Below are positions 35,589 through 46,479 of a stretch of DNA of 64,000 bases, one piece after another. The stretch is from an uncultured Chlamydiae bacterium (GTDB taxonomy: Bacteria; Chlamydiota; Chlamydiia; Chlamydiales; SM23-39). The position numbers were made by a program, and so were the translations under genes. The notes below the pieces were generated by a model. It was given only the letters and a program-made list of their open reading frames with translations. It was not told the DNA's origin and made no database searches. The DNA is taken from positions 192,001 to 256,000 of the forward strand of contig CAWHDP010000001.1 of the NCBI GenBank assembly GCA_963828125.1, written 5' to 3'. Within the stretch, counting starts at the first letter, position 1, and every line of letters starts with the position of its first letter.

Positions 35589-36677
35589 TCAGTTGTGGAA
35601 GAACAGGATGACGTCGCCGTCTTTGACGATATACTCGCGCCCCTCAGAGGGGGCTTTGCCGGCCTCCCGGGCGCCGACTCTCCCTTTGTAGCGGATCATG
35701 TCGTTGAACGAGACGACCTCAGCGCGGATGAACCCTTTTTCGATGTCTGAGTGGATTTTGCCGGCAGCTTCAGCGGCAGGGGTCCCTTTTTTGATCGTCC
35801 ATGCGCGGGTTTCGATTTCACCTGTGGTGATATAGGTGATGAGGTCGAGGAGCGAAAAGGCCTCGCGGATCAGCCGGTCGAGTCCCGATTCCTTGAGCCC
35901 GAGGCTCTCCAAAAATTCTTGCGCGTCCCTTTCATCAAGCCGCGAAATCTCCTCCTCAATCCGGGCGCAGATCGGGACGATGCGCGAGCCTTCTTTAGCG
36001 GCATATTCACGAACCATTTGGACGAGGGGATTATCGAGAGCGGGCACGTCACTTTCTCCGACGTTGCAGACATACAAAACTTTCTTTTTGGTGAGAAAAT
36101 TATACTGGCGAAGGATGATTTCCTCCTCTGGATTGAGGCTCATAGCGCGCATGGGGAGGTTTTCGTTTAAATGGGCAATCGCTCTCTTCAAGAAATCGAT
36201 GGAGGGCTGCAACTCTTTTTTCCCCTTGGCCTGTTTTTCAAGACGGCCCAATGTGTTTTCGGCCATCTGGAGGTCGGCGAGGATCAATTCAAGACTAATG
36301 ACTTCGATATCGTCCAGCGGATTGACCCGGCCGGAGACATGAATCACGTTGGGATCCTCAAAACATCTGACCACTTGGACGATGGCGTCTGTCTCCCTGA
36401 TGTGGGACAAAAATTGATTGCCGAGCCCCTCGCCTTGCGAGGCCCCTTTCACGAGTCCTGCGATGTCGACAAAGCCGACCGTAGCGGGGATGATCTTTTT
36501 GCTGTGGGACTGCTCGGAGAGGGCACGTAGGCGGGGATCGTTGAGGTTGACGATACCGATATTCGGATCGATGGTGCAAAATGGGTAGTTCTCGGAGGGG
36601 ATCTGTTTGCGGGTGAGCGCGTTGAATAGGGTCGATTTACCGACATTCGGGAGCCCGACAATGGCTAATTGGGTCAT
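35589..36677 (-). CDS. ychF: redox-regulated ATPase YchF
   Basis: GLPNVGKST, NYPFCTIDPN, DIAGLVKGASQGEGLGNQFL, TGS domain. Confidence 0.98.
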   Translation of the reverse strand: MTQLAIVGLPNVGKSTLFNALTRKQIPSENYPFCTIDPNIGIVNLNDPRLRALSEQSHSKKIIPATVGFVDIAGLVKGASQGEGLGNQFLSHIRETDAIVQVVRCFEDPNVIHVSGRVNPLDDIEVISLELILADLQMAENTLGRLEKQAKGKKELQPSIDFLKRAIAHLNENLPMRAMSLNPEEEIILRQYNFLTKKKVLYVCNVGESDVPALDNPLVQMVREYAAKEGSRIVPICARIEEEISRLDERDAQEFLESLGLKESGLDRLIREAFSLLDLITYITTGEIETRAWTIKKGTPAAEAAGKIHSDIEKGFIRAEVVSFNDMIRYKGRVGAREAGKAPSEGREYIVKDGDVILFFHN

Positions 36678-37162
36678 GGTTTTCTGCCTAAAAGTTGTTG
36701 TGCTAGGGTGAGATTTCCAGCGGCGAGCGCCTGCCGGATGCGAGAGGAGGAGATAGGTTCATTTTGAAAGAGGAGTTTGGGGATATATTCGACGAGGATC
36801 TTCCGCTCCTCCCCGTATTTACGGACAGCGGCCTCATTGCCTCCTTGGTGCTTTCCAAAAAGGGCGCCAGCGCCGAAAATGAGGTGGGTGAGATCGAACC
36901 GCGAGAGGAGTTCGTCATAGGGCGTCGAGGCGAGCGCAGGGGTGAAGGGGAAAACGATCACTTCATCGGCGTATGACTCTAAGAGAGCGAGCTTTTCATC
37001 CAAGGGGATGAGTAAATCGGGAGCGGGGGGGTGAAGGATCGCGCGGGGGTGATTTGAAAAGGTGAGGATCGTTGAATGGGGGAGTTCGGAGAGTCTCTGT
37101 AAGATTTTTTGGTGGCCGAGATGGACTCCGTCGAAAAAACCGATTGTGAGAGCGGTCTTCAT
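36674..37162 (-). CDS. ribF: FAD synthetase (FMN adenylyltransferase) domain only; short RibF
   Basis: GFFDGVHLGH and ISSSRIR; ends at LLGRKP* with no GFPTAN riboflavin kinase domain; occupies the ribF position between truB and ychF. Confidence 0.85.
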   Translation of the reverse strand: MKTALTIGFFDGVHLGHQKILQRLSELPHSTILTFSNHPRAILHPPAPDLLIPLDEKLALLESYADEVIVFPFTPALASTPYDELLSRFDLTHLIFGAGALFGKHQGGNEAAVRKYGEERKILVEYIPKLLFQNEPISSSRIRQALAAGNLTLAQQLLGRKP

Positions 37163-37836
37163 AGCCTCCTCAAGTAGGGACTCAAATCGAACTCTTTGGC
37201 GTGGAGCTGTTTCTGAGAGATACACTCCTCCAATTTAAAAGGGCCTGAACGGATCCTCGATAATTCGAATAAATGGGCGCCGCAGCCTAAAAATTGGCCG
37301 ATGTCGTGGGCGAGGCTCCGGATGTAGGTCCCTTTTGAGCAGACGACGTTGACTTCAAGCATCGGATAGTGATTAGAAAGGAGCGCGATCTCGACGTTCA
37401 CCAGCGCGGGCTGTCTCTCGATCACGATCCCTTTGCGAGCCAAATCGCATAATTTCTTCCCGTTCACTTTTTTAGCCGAGTACATCGGGGGGATCTGGGC
37501 TATTTGGCCGCTAAATGCGGCTAAGGCGGCCCTTATTTCTTCCGCTGTCGGTATTTTCTCGCTCCGCGATACGACGCTCCCTTCGACGTCGTAGGTGTCG
37601 GTCGCTATCCCGAGGTGCATCGTTGCGCGGTATTCCTTATCGCAGCCAAGAAATTCGTTGCTCCGGCGGGTGTAGTCTTTCCCTATGAGCATCACCATCA
37701 CGCCGGTTGCCAATGGATCGAGGGTGCCGGCATGGCCGATTTTTTCGACGCCCGTCAACCTGCGAAGGAGGGAGACCAAATGGAACGAGGTCGAGCCGGA
37801 CGCTTTGTCTACCAGGAGGATCCCTTTATTGCTCAC
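37159..37836 (-). CDS. truB: tRNA pseudouridine(55) synthase
   Basis: GHAGTLDPLATG, QIPPMYSAKK, CSKGTYIRSL; GTG start at 37836 preferred. Confidence 0.96.
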   Translation of the reverse strand: MSNKGILLVDKASGSTSFHLVSLLRRLTGVEKIGHAGTLDPLATGVMVMLIGKDYTRRSNEFLGCDKEYRATMHLGIATDTYDVEGSVVSRSEKIPTAEEIRAALAAFSGQIAQIPPMYSAKKVNGKKLCDLARKGIVIERQPALVNVEIALLSNHYPMLEVNVVCSKGTYIRSLAHDIGQFLGCGAHLFELSRIRSGPFKLEECISQKQLHAKEFDLSPYLRRL

Positions 37837-38191
37837 GGGCTTGGCGCTCTTTTTCAATGTCGCCGATCATTGTCTGGATTTTCATCAGCTCCTCAATAGA
37901 GGTGTCAAGCTTAAAGGTGAGGGCCGGAAAGTAGCGGAGCTGCACTTTTTTCGCGGCATGGACGGCGATAAATCCAGCCGCAGAATTGAGGGCGGAGATC
38001 ACCCTCGATTTCTCCTCCTCAGAGCAGATCAGACTCACAGAAACTTTGGCATGATGCAGATCGGCAGAGGCGTCCACATTCGTGACTGAAACAAAGGTCG
38101 TCACATTCGGATTGCGCACCTCTTTTTGGATCACTTCAAAAATGACCTCTTTGAGGAGGGAATTCACTCTTGCGAGCCGGTTTTTTTTCAT
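37826..38191 (-). CDS. rbfA: 30S ribosome-binding factor A
   Basis: Lies between infB and tru[10 protein letters not shown] and LRYFPALTF motifs. Confidence 0.95.
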   Translation of the reverse strand: MKKNRLARVNSLLKEVIFEVIQKEVRNPNVTTFVSVTNVDASADLHHAKVSVSLICSEEEKSRVISALNSAAGFIAVHAAKKVQLRYFPALTFKLDTSIEELMKIQTMIGDIEKERQAREQ

Positions 38192-40614
38192 AGATCCTGC
38201 TCGAGGTAAGTGATTTCGTAGGCCTGCAAAATATCTCCCTCTTTAAGATCGCTCTGTCCATCGAGAAGAATGCCGCATTCGAACCCTTTTTGGGCCTCTT
38301 TAATGTCTTCTTTGACTCTCTTCAGCGAGGCGATCTTCCCTTTCCAAATGACCTCTTTGCCGCGGATTTGCCGGATCAAATGTTGCCGCTTAATGGTCCC
38401 TTCCGTCACCTGGCAGCCGGCGATGGTGCCGAACTGAGAAGATTTAAAGACCGCTTTGACAATCGCTGCGCCGGTATCGGTCTCTTGTTCGAGTTTATCG
38501 AGCAGCTGCCGCATCCGATTTTTCACCTCGTCAATCAGGTGATAAATGACGTCTTGGGTGTAAACAAGGACCTTGGTCTGCTTGATCAAATCATCGGCGT
38601 GGCTCTCGACGCTTGTATGGAAGCCGACGATAGTCGCCTTCGATGCGGCGGCAAGCGCAATATCCGATTCGGAGATCTCTCCCACATCGGCGCTGACAAT
38701 CTCAAGACGCACCTTACTCGAATGAATTTTCGAAAGGGAGGTCCTAAGAGCTTCCAAAGAGCCTTGTACGTCGGCCCGAAGGATGAGGGGAAGAATTTTT
38801 TTCTCTCCGCTCTCCTTCTTCGCCATCATTTTTTCAAGGCTGCCCAGTTTCGGTTTGGCGGCAGTCTCCCTTTCGGCCCCTTCTGCACGGGCGGAGGCGA
38901 GTTCGCGAGCCTCTTTTTCGTTTTTCACAACGACAAATTCTTGGCCGGCTAACGCAAGCTCAGAGAGCCCCGTAATTTTCACCGGAGTCGAGGGTCCGGC
39001 TACATCGACCGACATCCCAAATTCGTCCTGCATGGTCTTGATCCGGCCTGAATAGTGGCCGAATACGATCGCATCGCCTTTGCGCAAGGTGCCGTTTTGC
39101 ACCAGCACAGTGGCCACAGCGCCGAGCCCTTTATGCATCTCCGATTCGAGGATGGTGCCGCGGGCGCGGGAGGCTGGATTAGCGCGCAGTTCGAGGATTT
39201 CAGCTTGCAGGGCAATCATTTCGAGCAGTTCCGTGATCCCTTGACCTGTGACGGCTGAACAATTCACTGTGATCGTCGTCCCTCCCCAGGCTTCCGGCAA
39301 TAGGCCCCTATCGGAGAGCTCCCGGTAAACCTTCTGCGCATCGAAATTGGGCTTATCTGCTTTGTTCAACGCGACAAGAATGGGGACTTTGGCCTCCTGA
39401 GCTTGCCGGATCGCCTCGTCGGTTTGCGCCCGGATCCCCTCATCGCCGGCGATCACGAGAATGATCATGTCGGTGACATGGGCGCCCCGAGAGCGCATTT
39501 CGAAAAAAGCTTCGTGGCCAGGGGTGTCGAGAATCGCGACGTCGCCCGCGTTGGTCTTCACTTTGAAAGCGCCAATATGCTGGGTGATCGCCCCCGCCTC
39601 GCCAGCGGCCCTGTTCGATTTCCGGATGAAATCGATGAGAGACGTTTTGCCGTGGTCGACATGACCCATAAAGGCAACGACAGGGGAGCGGAGAACGAGA
39701 GCGTCTGGAGAAGAACTCTCGATCTCTTTGCGGATCGTCTGACCGGTGATCCGGATCCGTTCTTGCTCGGAAGTATCGATTTTGATTTGACAATCGAAAT
39801 CGTGCCCGAGGAGTTGAACGATCGTCTCATCGTCGAGATAGTCGTTCAATGTGAGAGTGATCCCTTGCATGAAGAGTTTGGCGATGAGCTGAGAGGCTTT
39901 TAGCTTCATCTCTTGAGCCAAATCTTTAATGGTGATGGGCAAACGGAGCGTTAGATTTTTAGGGCGGACGACCTCTTCTTGAACAAACTTGCGCGGTTTA
40001 TGGGCGCGCCGTTTGCGCCACGCTTCGTTATCGATGTCCCGAAGTCCCTGCTTATCGCGAGAATCAAAGCGAATCTCCTCTTTTTTCTTGCCGAGCTTGA
40101 GTTCTTTGGGGGGCTCTTTTCTCGGCGCCATTGGAGGTATTGAAGGTTTTGAGGCAATCAATGGTTTGGGGGCGGGTCTTGCCTCTACAGGCTTCGGGGG
40201 CTCTGGCTTGTTCAAATCTGCGGGCTGAGAAGAGACCTCTTGCGGCGGTTGTACGTGATCGCTTTCCGCAGACGGCTCAACAGCAGCAGGCGTCGCCGGA
40301 GCCTCTTCTTCTACAGGTTCTAGCTCCTCCTTCGGAGCTTCCCCAGGATGCGCGATGATGCGGGCCCTTTTCTTCTTGGGTAAATCGGCCTCTTTCTCTT
40401 TTGAGGCAAGGGTTTTTTCCGCCTGCTTCAGCGCGGAAGAGATCGTCGAGTCCTCTCTGAGGCGGGTGAGTTTTTTCTTAGACTCCCCCTCAGCAGGCGG
40501 CGCCGGCTCGTCTTTTTTCTTAGGCTCAACATTTCCAGACTCAGGCTCTTTCTTCAACTTAAAAGCTTCAGCGAGCTGGGTGTTTTTAATATTTAGTTTT
40601 AGATGTTTACCCAA
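38188..40614 (-). CDS. infB: translation initiation factor IF-2
   Basis: [31 protein letters not shown]. Confidence 0.98.
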   Translation of the reverse strand: MGKHLKLNIKNTQLAEAFKLKKEPESGNVEPKKKDEPAPPAEGESKKKLTRLREDSTISSALKQAEKTLASKEKEADLPKKKRARIIAHPGEAPKEELEPVEEEAPATPAAVEPSAESDHVQPPQEVSSQPADLNKPEPPKPVEARPAPKPLIASKPSIPPMAPRKEPPKELKLGKKKEEIRFDSRDKQGLRDIDNEAWRKRRAHKPRKFVQEEVVRPKNLTLRLPITIKDLAQEMKLKASQLIAKLFMQGITLTLNDYLDDETIVQLLGHDFDCQIKIDTSEQERIRITGQTIRKEIESSSPDALVLRSPVVAFMGHVDHGKTSLIDFIRKSNRAAGEAGAITQHIGAFKVKTNAGDVAILDTPGHEAFFEMRSRGAHVTDMIILVIAGDEGIRAQTDEAIRQAQEAKVPILVALNKADKPNFDAQKVYRELSDRGLLPEAWGGTTITVNCSAVTGQGITELLEMIALQAEILELRANPASRARGTILESEMHKGLGAVATVLVQNGTLRKGDAIVFGHYSGRIKTMQDEFGMSVDVAGPSTPVKITGLSELALAGQEFVVVKNEKEARELASARAEGAERETAAKPKLGSLEKMMAKKESGEKKILPLILRADVQGSLEALRTSLSKIHSSKVRLEIVSADVGEISESDIALAAASKATIVGFHTSVESHADDLIKQTKVLVYTQDVIYHLIDEVKNRMRQLLDKLEQETDTGAAIVKAVFKSSQFGTIAGCQVTEGTIKRQHLIRQIRGKEVIWKGKIASLKRVKEDIKEAQKGFECGILLDGQSDLKEGDILQAYEITYLEQDL

Positions 40615-40617
40615 CGC

Positions 40618-41892
40618 TTAACCCTTTTTTTTGCGTATTTGTTCCAAAATCTTGTCGGCGAGATCGTAGTAGTTCACGCCAGGGACTTTGGTAGGAATAT
40701 CAGCGGGCGCGGCTTGCATGAATTTCCGCATCGTATCGTATCCTGCACTGACAAGACTCTCAATGATCAGACCGCTGACCCCTTCAATTTTCAACCGATC
40801 GTCATAGGCAGGATCTGCCGTGTCGGCAAGCTCGGCCATTTGGATCGTGAGAAGCTTCTGATATTCGCTTAATTTTTGTACGTCGATCTCTTTGCCAATC
40901 ATCTGGCCAATGAGACGGGCGTTCATCCCTTTTTTTCCAATCACTGTCGGATAATCTTCGTCCATCACGACCATCCAAACGCGATCGTCGTAGGGTCTCA
41001 TCTTGCGGACGTCTGCAGGAGAGAGGAGATTTTGCAAAAGCTGGATGGAGTCGTCGGAAAAGGGGACGACGTCGATTTTCTCGTTGTTCAATTCACGGAT
41101 AATGTTTTTAATCCGAGAGCCTCGGACGCCGACGCAAGTCCCCACCGGGTCGACTTTAGGGTCGTACGAGCGGACAGCGAGTTTCGTCCGATAGCCTGGA
41201 TCGCGGACGATTTTCTCGATGACGATGGTTTTATCGTGCAACTCGGGCACCTCTTGCTCAAACAGCTGCTTGACGAATTCCGGGTGGCTGCGAGTTAAAA
41301 TAACCTCAGCGCCGCCGTTGTCGGTGTCCCGCACTTCGAGAAGAAGGGCTTGCACCTTTTCGCCTGGATTGTACCGTTCGAGTTTCGGGTAATTCCGTTC
41401 GGGCAAGATCGCCTCGACTTTCCCCAAATCGACCACAATGGTTCGGCCGCGGATGAACCGTTTCACAGTTCCGGAGATCAGCTCTCCGGCTCTGTGGCGG
41501 TATTCTTCATAGATCACATCCCGCTCAGCTCCCTTGAGTTTTTGGGTGATGACTTGCCGCGCCGCTTGAGCTGCAATTCGTCCAAAATCTTGGGGAGTGA
41601 TGGAAATCTCCAGCCATTGGCCCACCTGGCACTCAGATTCCATAGCGCGGGCCTCTTCCAGGGAAATTTCATCAGTCGGACTCACGACTTTTTCGACGAT
41701 TTTTTTCTGCGTGAAGACCTCTATTTCACCCGTTTTCGAGTTGATTTCCACGCTGACTTTTTCGCCTAAACCCTTCACGCTTCTGCGGGCGGCAGCCTTT
41801 AGAGACTCTGCGATCGCATTGATCACAATCTCGCGCTTGATCCCCTTTTCGCGCTCTAGGTATTCAAAAATCGCAATGAGATCTTTATTCAT
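40618..41892 (-). CDS. nusA: transcription termination/antitermination factor NusA
   Basis: [14 protein letters not shown]1 and KH domains ([24 protein letters not shown]). Confidence 0.98.
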   Translation of the reverse strand: MNKDLIAIFEYLEREKGIKREIVINAIAESLKAAARRSVKGLGEKVSVEINSKTGEIEVFTQKKIVEKVVSPTDEISLEEARAMESECQVGQWLEISITPQDFGRIAAQAARQVITQKLKGAERDVIYEEYRHRAGELISGTVKRFIRGRTIVVDLGKVEAILPERNYPKLERYNPGEKVQALLLEVRDTDNGGAEVILTRSHPEFVKQLFEQEVPELHDKTIVIEKIVRDPGYRTKLAVRSYDPKVDPVGTCVGVRGSRIKNIIRELNNEKIDVVPFSDDSIQLLQNLLSPADVRKMRPYDDRVWMVVMDEDYPTVIGKKGMNARLIGQMIGKEIDVQKLSEYQKLLTIQMAELADTADPAYDDRLKIEGVSGLIIESLVSAGYDTMRKFMQAAPADIPTKVPGVNYYDLADKILEQIRKKKG

Positions 41893-43633
41893 CCGTAAAA
41901 TCCTCGTCTTCTCTAGAAGATTTCTTTTTCTTCTTTTTAGATTTTTGGCCGACTACAATGTCGTCTCGATTCATTTGGTTCTTTTCAATCAAATATTCCT
42001 TGATTGAGAGGGCAATTTTTTTATGTTCTGGATCGAGCTTGATCACTTTTGCGGTGACTTTGTCCTCTTTCTGGATGACGTCTTCCACTTTTGCAAAAGG
42101 CTGATCGGAGAGCTCTGTCACGTGGATCAAAGCCTCGATGCCGTTATCGAGCTGCACGAATGCGCCGAAAGCGGTCGTTTTTGTGACTTTACCATGTACC
42201 AGCGAACCCACAGGGAGGGTCTTTTCGATCGTTTCCCAAGGATTTATACTCAACTGCTTGACGCCGAGGGTGATTTTTTTGCTCTCTTTATCGACAGACA
42301 AGATCACCGCCTCGACTTTATCCCCTTTTTTGAGTACCTCTGAAGGGTGGGAGACTTTTTTAATCCAGCTCAAATCAGAGATATGGATGAGACCGTCGAC
42401 TCCCGGCTCCAATTCGACGAAAGCGCCGTAATTGGTCAGGTTGCGGATCTCGGCCACTACGCTGCTGCTCACTGGGTATTTTTTCTCGATGTCCTCCCAC
42501 GGATTGCGCTCTGTCTGCTTGATCCCCAGAGAAATTTTCCCCTCTTCTTTCTGCACGGAGAGGACAATCGCCTCGACCTCATCTCCCACATGAACCATTT
42601 CGCTCGGTTCCGTGATGTTTTTGGTCCAGGACATTTCAGAGACGTGGATGAGCCCCTCGATACCTGGCTCGATTTCAATGAATGCGCCGTAGGAGACGAG
42701 ATTGACGATTTTGCCGCGGACGCGAGTGCCTGGAGGGTATTTTTGCTCGATCTCTTCCCAGGGATTCTCCTCTTTTTGTTTGAGGCCCAAAGCGACCCTC
42801 CCTTTGTCCCGGTCGACATGGAGGATGACCACATCCAATTCCTGTCCCATATGGACGAGTTCGGAAGGGTGCTTGATCCGTTTCCAAGTCATGTCGGTGA
42901 TGTGCAAAAGCCCATCGATCCCGTCAAGATCGAGGAAGACGCCGAAATCGGTCACGTTTTTCACGATCCCTTTGCGGGAAGTTCCCTCTTGGATATTTTC
43001 TAGCAATTCTGCTTTTTTGGAGACCCTCTCTTCTTCGAGGAGCTCTCTTCGAGAGACGACGATATTTTTTCGTTCGATGTTGATTTTGAGTATTTTGAAA
43101 TCGTACGTCTTGCCGACAAAGTCATCGAGGTTTTTGATCCGCTTGTTGTCGATCTGGGAACCGGGGAGGAACGCCTCCATGCCGATATCGACCATAAGGC
43201 CGCCCTTGACCTTGCGCATGACCTTGCCCTTGACGATCGAGCCCTCTTTACAGTGGTTGACGATGTGTTCCCACTGTCTATATTTGCGGGCCTTTTCTTT
43301 AGAGAGGACGATTTGGCCGTCGTCGCCTTCAGCTGCGTCTAAATAGACCTCTGTCTCGCCGCCGAGATTTAATTCTTCCGGTTCATAAAATTCGGAGATG
43401 GGGATGAGTCCTTCCGACTTCAGGCCCACATCGACCACGACGTAGTCTTTGGTGATTTCGACGATCCGCCCTTTAAGGATCTCTCCTACGTTCAGTAGAG
43501 AGAAGGTCCCCTCTGATTCGGGTTTTTCTTTTCCGTATAGTAAGTCGCGAAACTGTCGAGCTTCGTTTTCTTGAAATTCGACGTCGTCGAGAATGTTGCT
43601 GCTATTCCAATCGTGGGTGGGGCTTTTAGACAT
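41885..43633 (-). CDS. rpsA: 30S ribosomal protein S1
   Basis: Six S1 repeats (GAFVEL..G..GL.H.S); ATG at 43633 preferred. Confidence 0.97.
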   Translation of the reverse strand: MSKSPTHDWNSSNILDDVEFQENEARQFRDLLYGKEKPESEGTFSLLNVGEILKGRIVEITKDYVVVDVGLKSEGLIPISEFYEPEELNLGGETEVYLDAAEGDDGQIVLSKEKARKYRQWEHIVNHCKEGSIVKGKVMRKVKGGLMVDIGMEAFLPGSQIDNKRIKNLDDFVGKTYDFKILKINIERKNIVVSRRELLEEERVSKKAELLENIQEGTSRKGIVKNVTDFGVFLDLDGIDGLLHITDMTWKRIKHPSELVHMGQELDVVILHVDRDKGRVALGLKQKEENPWEEIEQKYPPGTRVRGKIVNLVSYGAFIEIEPGIEGLIHVSEMSWTKNITEPSEMVHVGDEVEAIVLSVQKEEGKISLGIKQTERNPWEDIEKKYPVSSSVVAEIRNLTNYGAFVELEPGVDGLIHISDLSWIKKVSHPSEVLKKGDKVEAVILSVDKESKKITLGVKQLSINPWETIEKTLPVGSLVHGKVTKTTAFGAFVQLDNGIEALIHVTELSDQPFAKVEDVIQKEDKVTAKVIKLDPEHKKIALSIKEYLIEKNQMNRDDIVVGQKSKKKKKKSSREDEDFTDE

Positions 43634-43702
43634 GGGTTTTGGGTTTCTCCTGTTTATAAAAATGGCACGGCCGTCCCGCAAATGGCTTGACCGGAGACGG
43701 CT

Positions 43703-44611
43703 CTACCTGGTTAAAGGAAAGAGATTACCAATGGGGATGAATAAAAGCAAGGAGATCGATTTTAGGGGGTGCGGAATGGGTGATTCAAATATTTTTATCT
43801 GTTCGTTCAGATAGGGGAGATATTCAGGGGTATTTTTGCTCAGCCAGAGTGCAAATCTTTTTAGATAGTTTTCGATCTCAGCGCGTTGCAGCTGAGGGTC
43901 GGATAGAGCTTTTCGATAATTGCCGAAATCGATCTCTACGGCCTCTCCGTTGAGAAAGCCGAAATTGGGGGCGAGGTTGGGGTCGGAATTGCGGATGCCG
44001 AGGGCCGATCGGTTATGGATGAGCGCCACAAAGGAGTGGATGAGTCGATGCATTTGCTCTGGATCCTTTCTTGCCCCGAGGAGGGCCTCTTTGAAGGGTT
44101 GTACCCTTTTTTGGAGGACGAAGCGATAGCGGTCGAGCGGCACTACATAGTTTCCCAGTTGGATGCTGGGGAGTTGATCGTCTCTGAGATTTAGATGGCA
44201 GTAAACGAGCTGAGTAAAGGCCTTGGCCTCGGTGTAGGCGATATGGGCGGCGGTCATTGTTTTATTGAGTTTTGTGAACAGGCGATCTTTGGGTCTTTTT
44301 CCCACCGCCTTAGCGCACCCTTCTTTTATACTCTGAATGAATGGGAAGCGGGGACGCGTAGAGCGAAATAATTTTAATACATACCGGCCGTCAACGCTTG
44401 CAAAGACAGTCGATTGATTTCCGCGGGCAAGGTACGTAAAAGGTTGGTTCAGAGCGGCCCGCACCTCATCATTTGGCGGGGGAACCTCCCAATCAGGCGA
44501 ACTGATTTGAGGGTAGATGGGCGGAATACGAAAATCCCGTTTGATCGCCTGCGGCAAAAACAGCAACAGAGAGAGGAGAAGGAGTAAGATACACTTTTTC
44601 ATCCTAGCCAC
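43703..44611 (-). CDS. hypothetical protein with N-terminal signal/TM and a protein-kinase-like fold
   Basis: YLARGNQSTVF (G-loop-like), YVLKLF (VAIK-like), NSDPNLAPNFGF (catalytic D..N), IDFG. Confidence 0.65.
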   Translation of the reverse strand: MARMKKCILLLLLSLLLFLPQAIKRDFRIPPIYPQISSPDWEVPPPNDEVRAALNQPFTYLARGNQSTVFASVDGRYVLKLFRSTRPRFPFIQSIKEGCAKAVGKRPKDRLFTKLNKTMTAAHIAYTEAKAFTQLVYCHLNLRDDQLPSIQLGNYVVPLDRYRFVLQKRVQPFKEALLGARKDPEQMHRLIHSFVALIHNRSALGIRNSDPNLAPNFGFLNGEAVEIDFGNYRKALSDPQLQRAEIENYLKRFALWLSKNTPEYLPYLNEQIKIFESPIPHPLKSISLLLFIPIGNLFPLTR

Positions 44612-44665
44612 TGAAAATTTTTACTGGTTTTGGTCATGGCGCCGTCACAAAAGTCGCATATGCCG

Positions 44666-46468
44666 TTATTTCGAGAATTTGCCGATTTTCGGTTCGACGA
44701 GGGCTAAGAGATCCTTCGATTTCATGACGATCGATTCTGTAGCCAGTCCGCAATTAAAAGCGGCGGCTTCCCGTTGAAGGATTTCTTCATCATAGTAATT
44801 ATCGAGGTTCAGCAAATGGCCGAATGGGGGGACGCCGCCTACTTGGAGTCCATACCTCTCCTGAATGACGGCTGGATCTTCAAATTCGCATTTTTCGCCG
44901 ACGATTTCAGCGACCGCTTTCATATCGACTTTTAGATGCGAGGGGATATTGAATTGGTAGTTCTTTTTTGTATTCTTTCCCCTCAAAATCAGCGCTTTGA
45001 CCCCCTCTTCCATCCTCGTTTTCCGGACGCGGGCTGAATCTTCTGAGGTGGGGGTCGGTTCGTGAACTTGGTGGTCGAACTCGATTTTTTTCCGATGGAG
45101 CTGACGGATAATCTCATTCCGGATATTTTCTCCTCCAAAAAAGATCTTTGCTTTGATCCGATTTCCAGCGATCCTCTTTGTATCCGAGGGGAAGAGGGAG
45201 GCTTCGCGGATGTTTTTCAGTTTGAGGAGGGTCATGGTGAGCCGTTCGAGGCCCATCCCAAAGCCGCCGTGGGGGGGCATTCCGTATTTAAAAATGCTGA
45301 GATAGTCGGTAAAATTCGAGGGGTCCATCGATTTCATCAATATCCCTTCAACCATTGAGTCATACGTATGGCGCCTTTGTCCGCCTGAGGTGATCTCTGT
45401 GCCGGCGCAAAGGAGATCGAAAGTGTTCGTCAATTCGGGGTTGTGGTCTTTTGGATAGGCGTAGAAGGGCCTTTTCACAGCCTTCCAATCGGTCACAAAG
45501 ACAAGATCTGTGCCGAATTTCTCGCTCGCCCAGGCGGAGAGCTCCCTCTCGGCGGCTGGACTCAGATCGGGTTCTTGCCGTTCATCAATGTGGGTTCTTT
45601 GAAAGTAGATCTCTTGCGCCTCGGCAAAAGAGATCCGGGGAAAGGGGACATGTTCGGGGGCTTGGATCACCTGGTTCCCCAACGCTTCGAGTTCGGGTTT
45701 GCAATGCTGATGGACATATTTGAGGATGAATTTGACGCACCCTTCTTGGACGTCCATGATCTCTTCCCATTTTTCGAAAAATCCCATCTCAAACTCGAAC
45801 TGTTTTCCTTCAGAGAGGTGGCGAGAGGTTTGGGAGGGTTCCGCGCGGAAAAAAGGCATGAGGGCGAAGACCCGCTCATTGACGCCGACCATGATCTGCT
45901 TATAGAGCTGGCTGCTTTGGGCCAAAGTGGCTGTGTAGCCAAAATAATCGACGTTGAAGAATTCGGCTCCCCCTTCGGAAGAGGCTCCGATGATGTTCGG
46001 CGCAAAATACTCGGCGGCTCCAACCGTATCGTGCATGTAAAGCCGGTAGGCGTGCGCAATTTCAGCTTGGATTTTGAAGACGGCGGCGATCTGCCGATTG
46101 CGGAGCGCGACGGGTCTATGGTCGAGAATGAACTCGAGGTCGGTGTGGAGTTCGGGTTTGTAGTACTCGACGGGGGGGATCTCCCGGATCGGGTTCTCAA
46201 TGTCGATTCTCGGGTCGACGATTTCGGCTTTGTAGACAGAATTGGAGGCGGCGACTCGTCCATGAATCGTCAAAATAGAGCCGGGTTGGAGGTTTGAAAG
46301 GGCCTCCAGTTCGGCTTTATTTTCAATGACCACTTGGGCCAAACCCGACCGGTCGCGGATGAGGAGAAAGGCGAGCTTCCCCATCGCGCGGAGGTTGTTT
46401 AACCACCCGCGCAAAACAACGTGCTCTCCGATCGATCGGGAGAGCTCCCCGGCTAATGTCCGCTGCAT
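44666..46468 (-). CDS. aspS: archaeal/eukaryal-type (probably non-discriminating) aspartate--tRNA ligase with C-terminal YbaK/ProX editing domain
   Basis: LAQSSQLYKQ, FRAE, EITSGGQR, YGMPPHGGFGMGLERL, no GAD insertion; C-terminal about 150 aa with VKALIL and GGVPPFG. Confidence 0.92.
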   Translation of the reverse strand: MQRTLAGELSRSIGEHVVLRGWLNNLRAMGKLAFLLIRDRSGLAQVVIENKAELEALSNLQPGSILTIHGRVAASNSVYKAEIVDPRIDIENPIREIPPVEYYKPELHTDLEFILDHRPVALRNRQIAAVFKIQAEIAHAYRLYMHDTVGAAEYFAPNIIGASSEGGAEFFNVDYFGYTATLAQSSQLYKQIMVGVNERVFALMPFFRAEPSQTSRHLSEGKQFEFEMGFFEKWEEIMDVQEGCVKFILKYVHQHCKPELEALGNQVIQAPEHVPFPRISFAEAQEIYFQRTHIDERQEPDLSPAAERELSAWASEKFGTDLVFVTDWKAVKRPFYAYPKDHNPELTNTFDLLCAGTEITSGGQRRHTYDSMVEGILMKSMDPSNFTDYLSIFKYGMPPHGGFGMGLERLTMTLLKLKNIREASLFPSDTKRIAGNRIKAKIFFGGENIRNEIIRQLHRKKIEFDHQVHEPTPTSEDSARVRKTRMEEGVKALILRGKNTKKNYQFNIPSHLKVDMKAVAEIVGEKCEFEDPAVIQERYGLQVGGVPPFGHLLNLDNYYDEEILQREAAAFNCGLATESIVMKSKDLLALVEPKIGKFSK

Positions 46469-46479
46469 AGCAACCCTCG

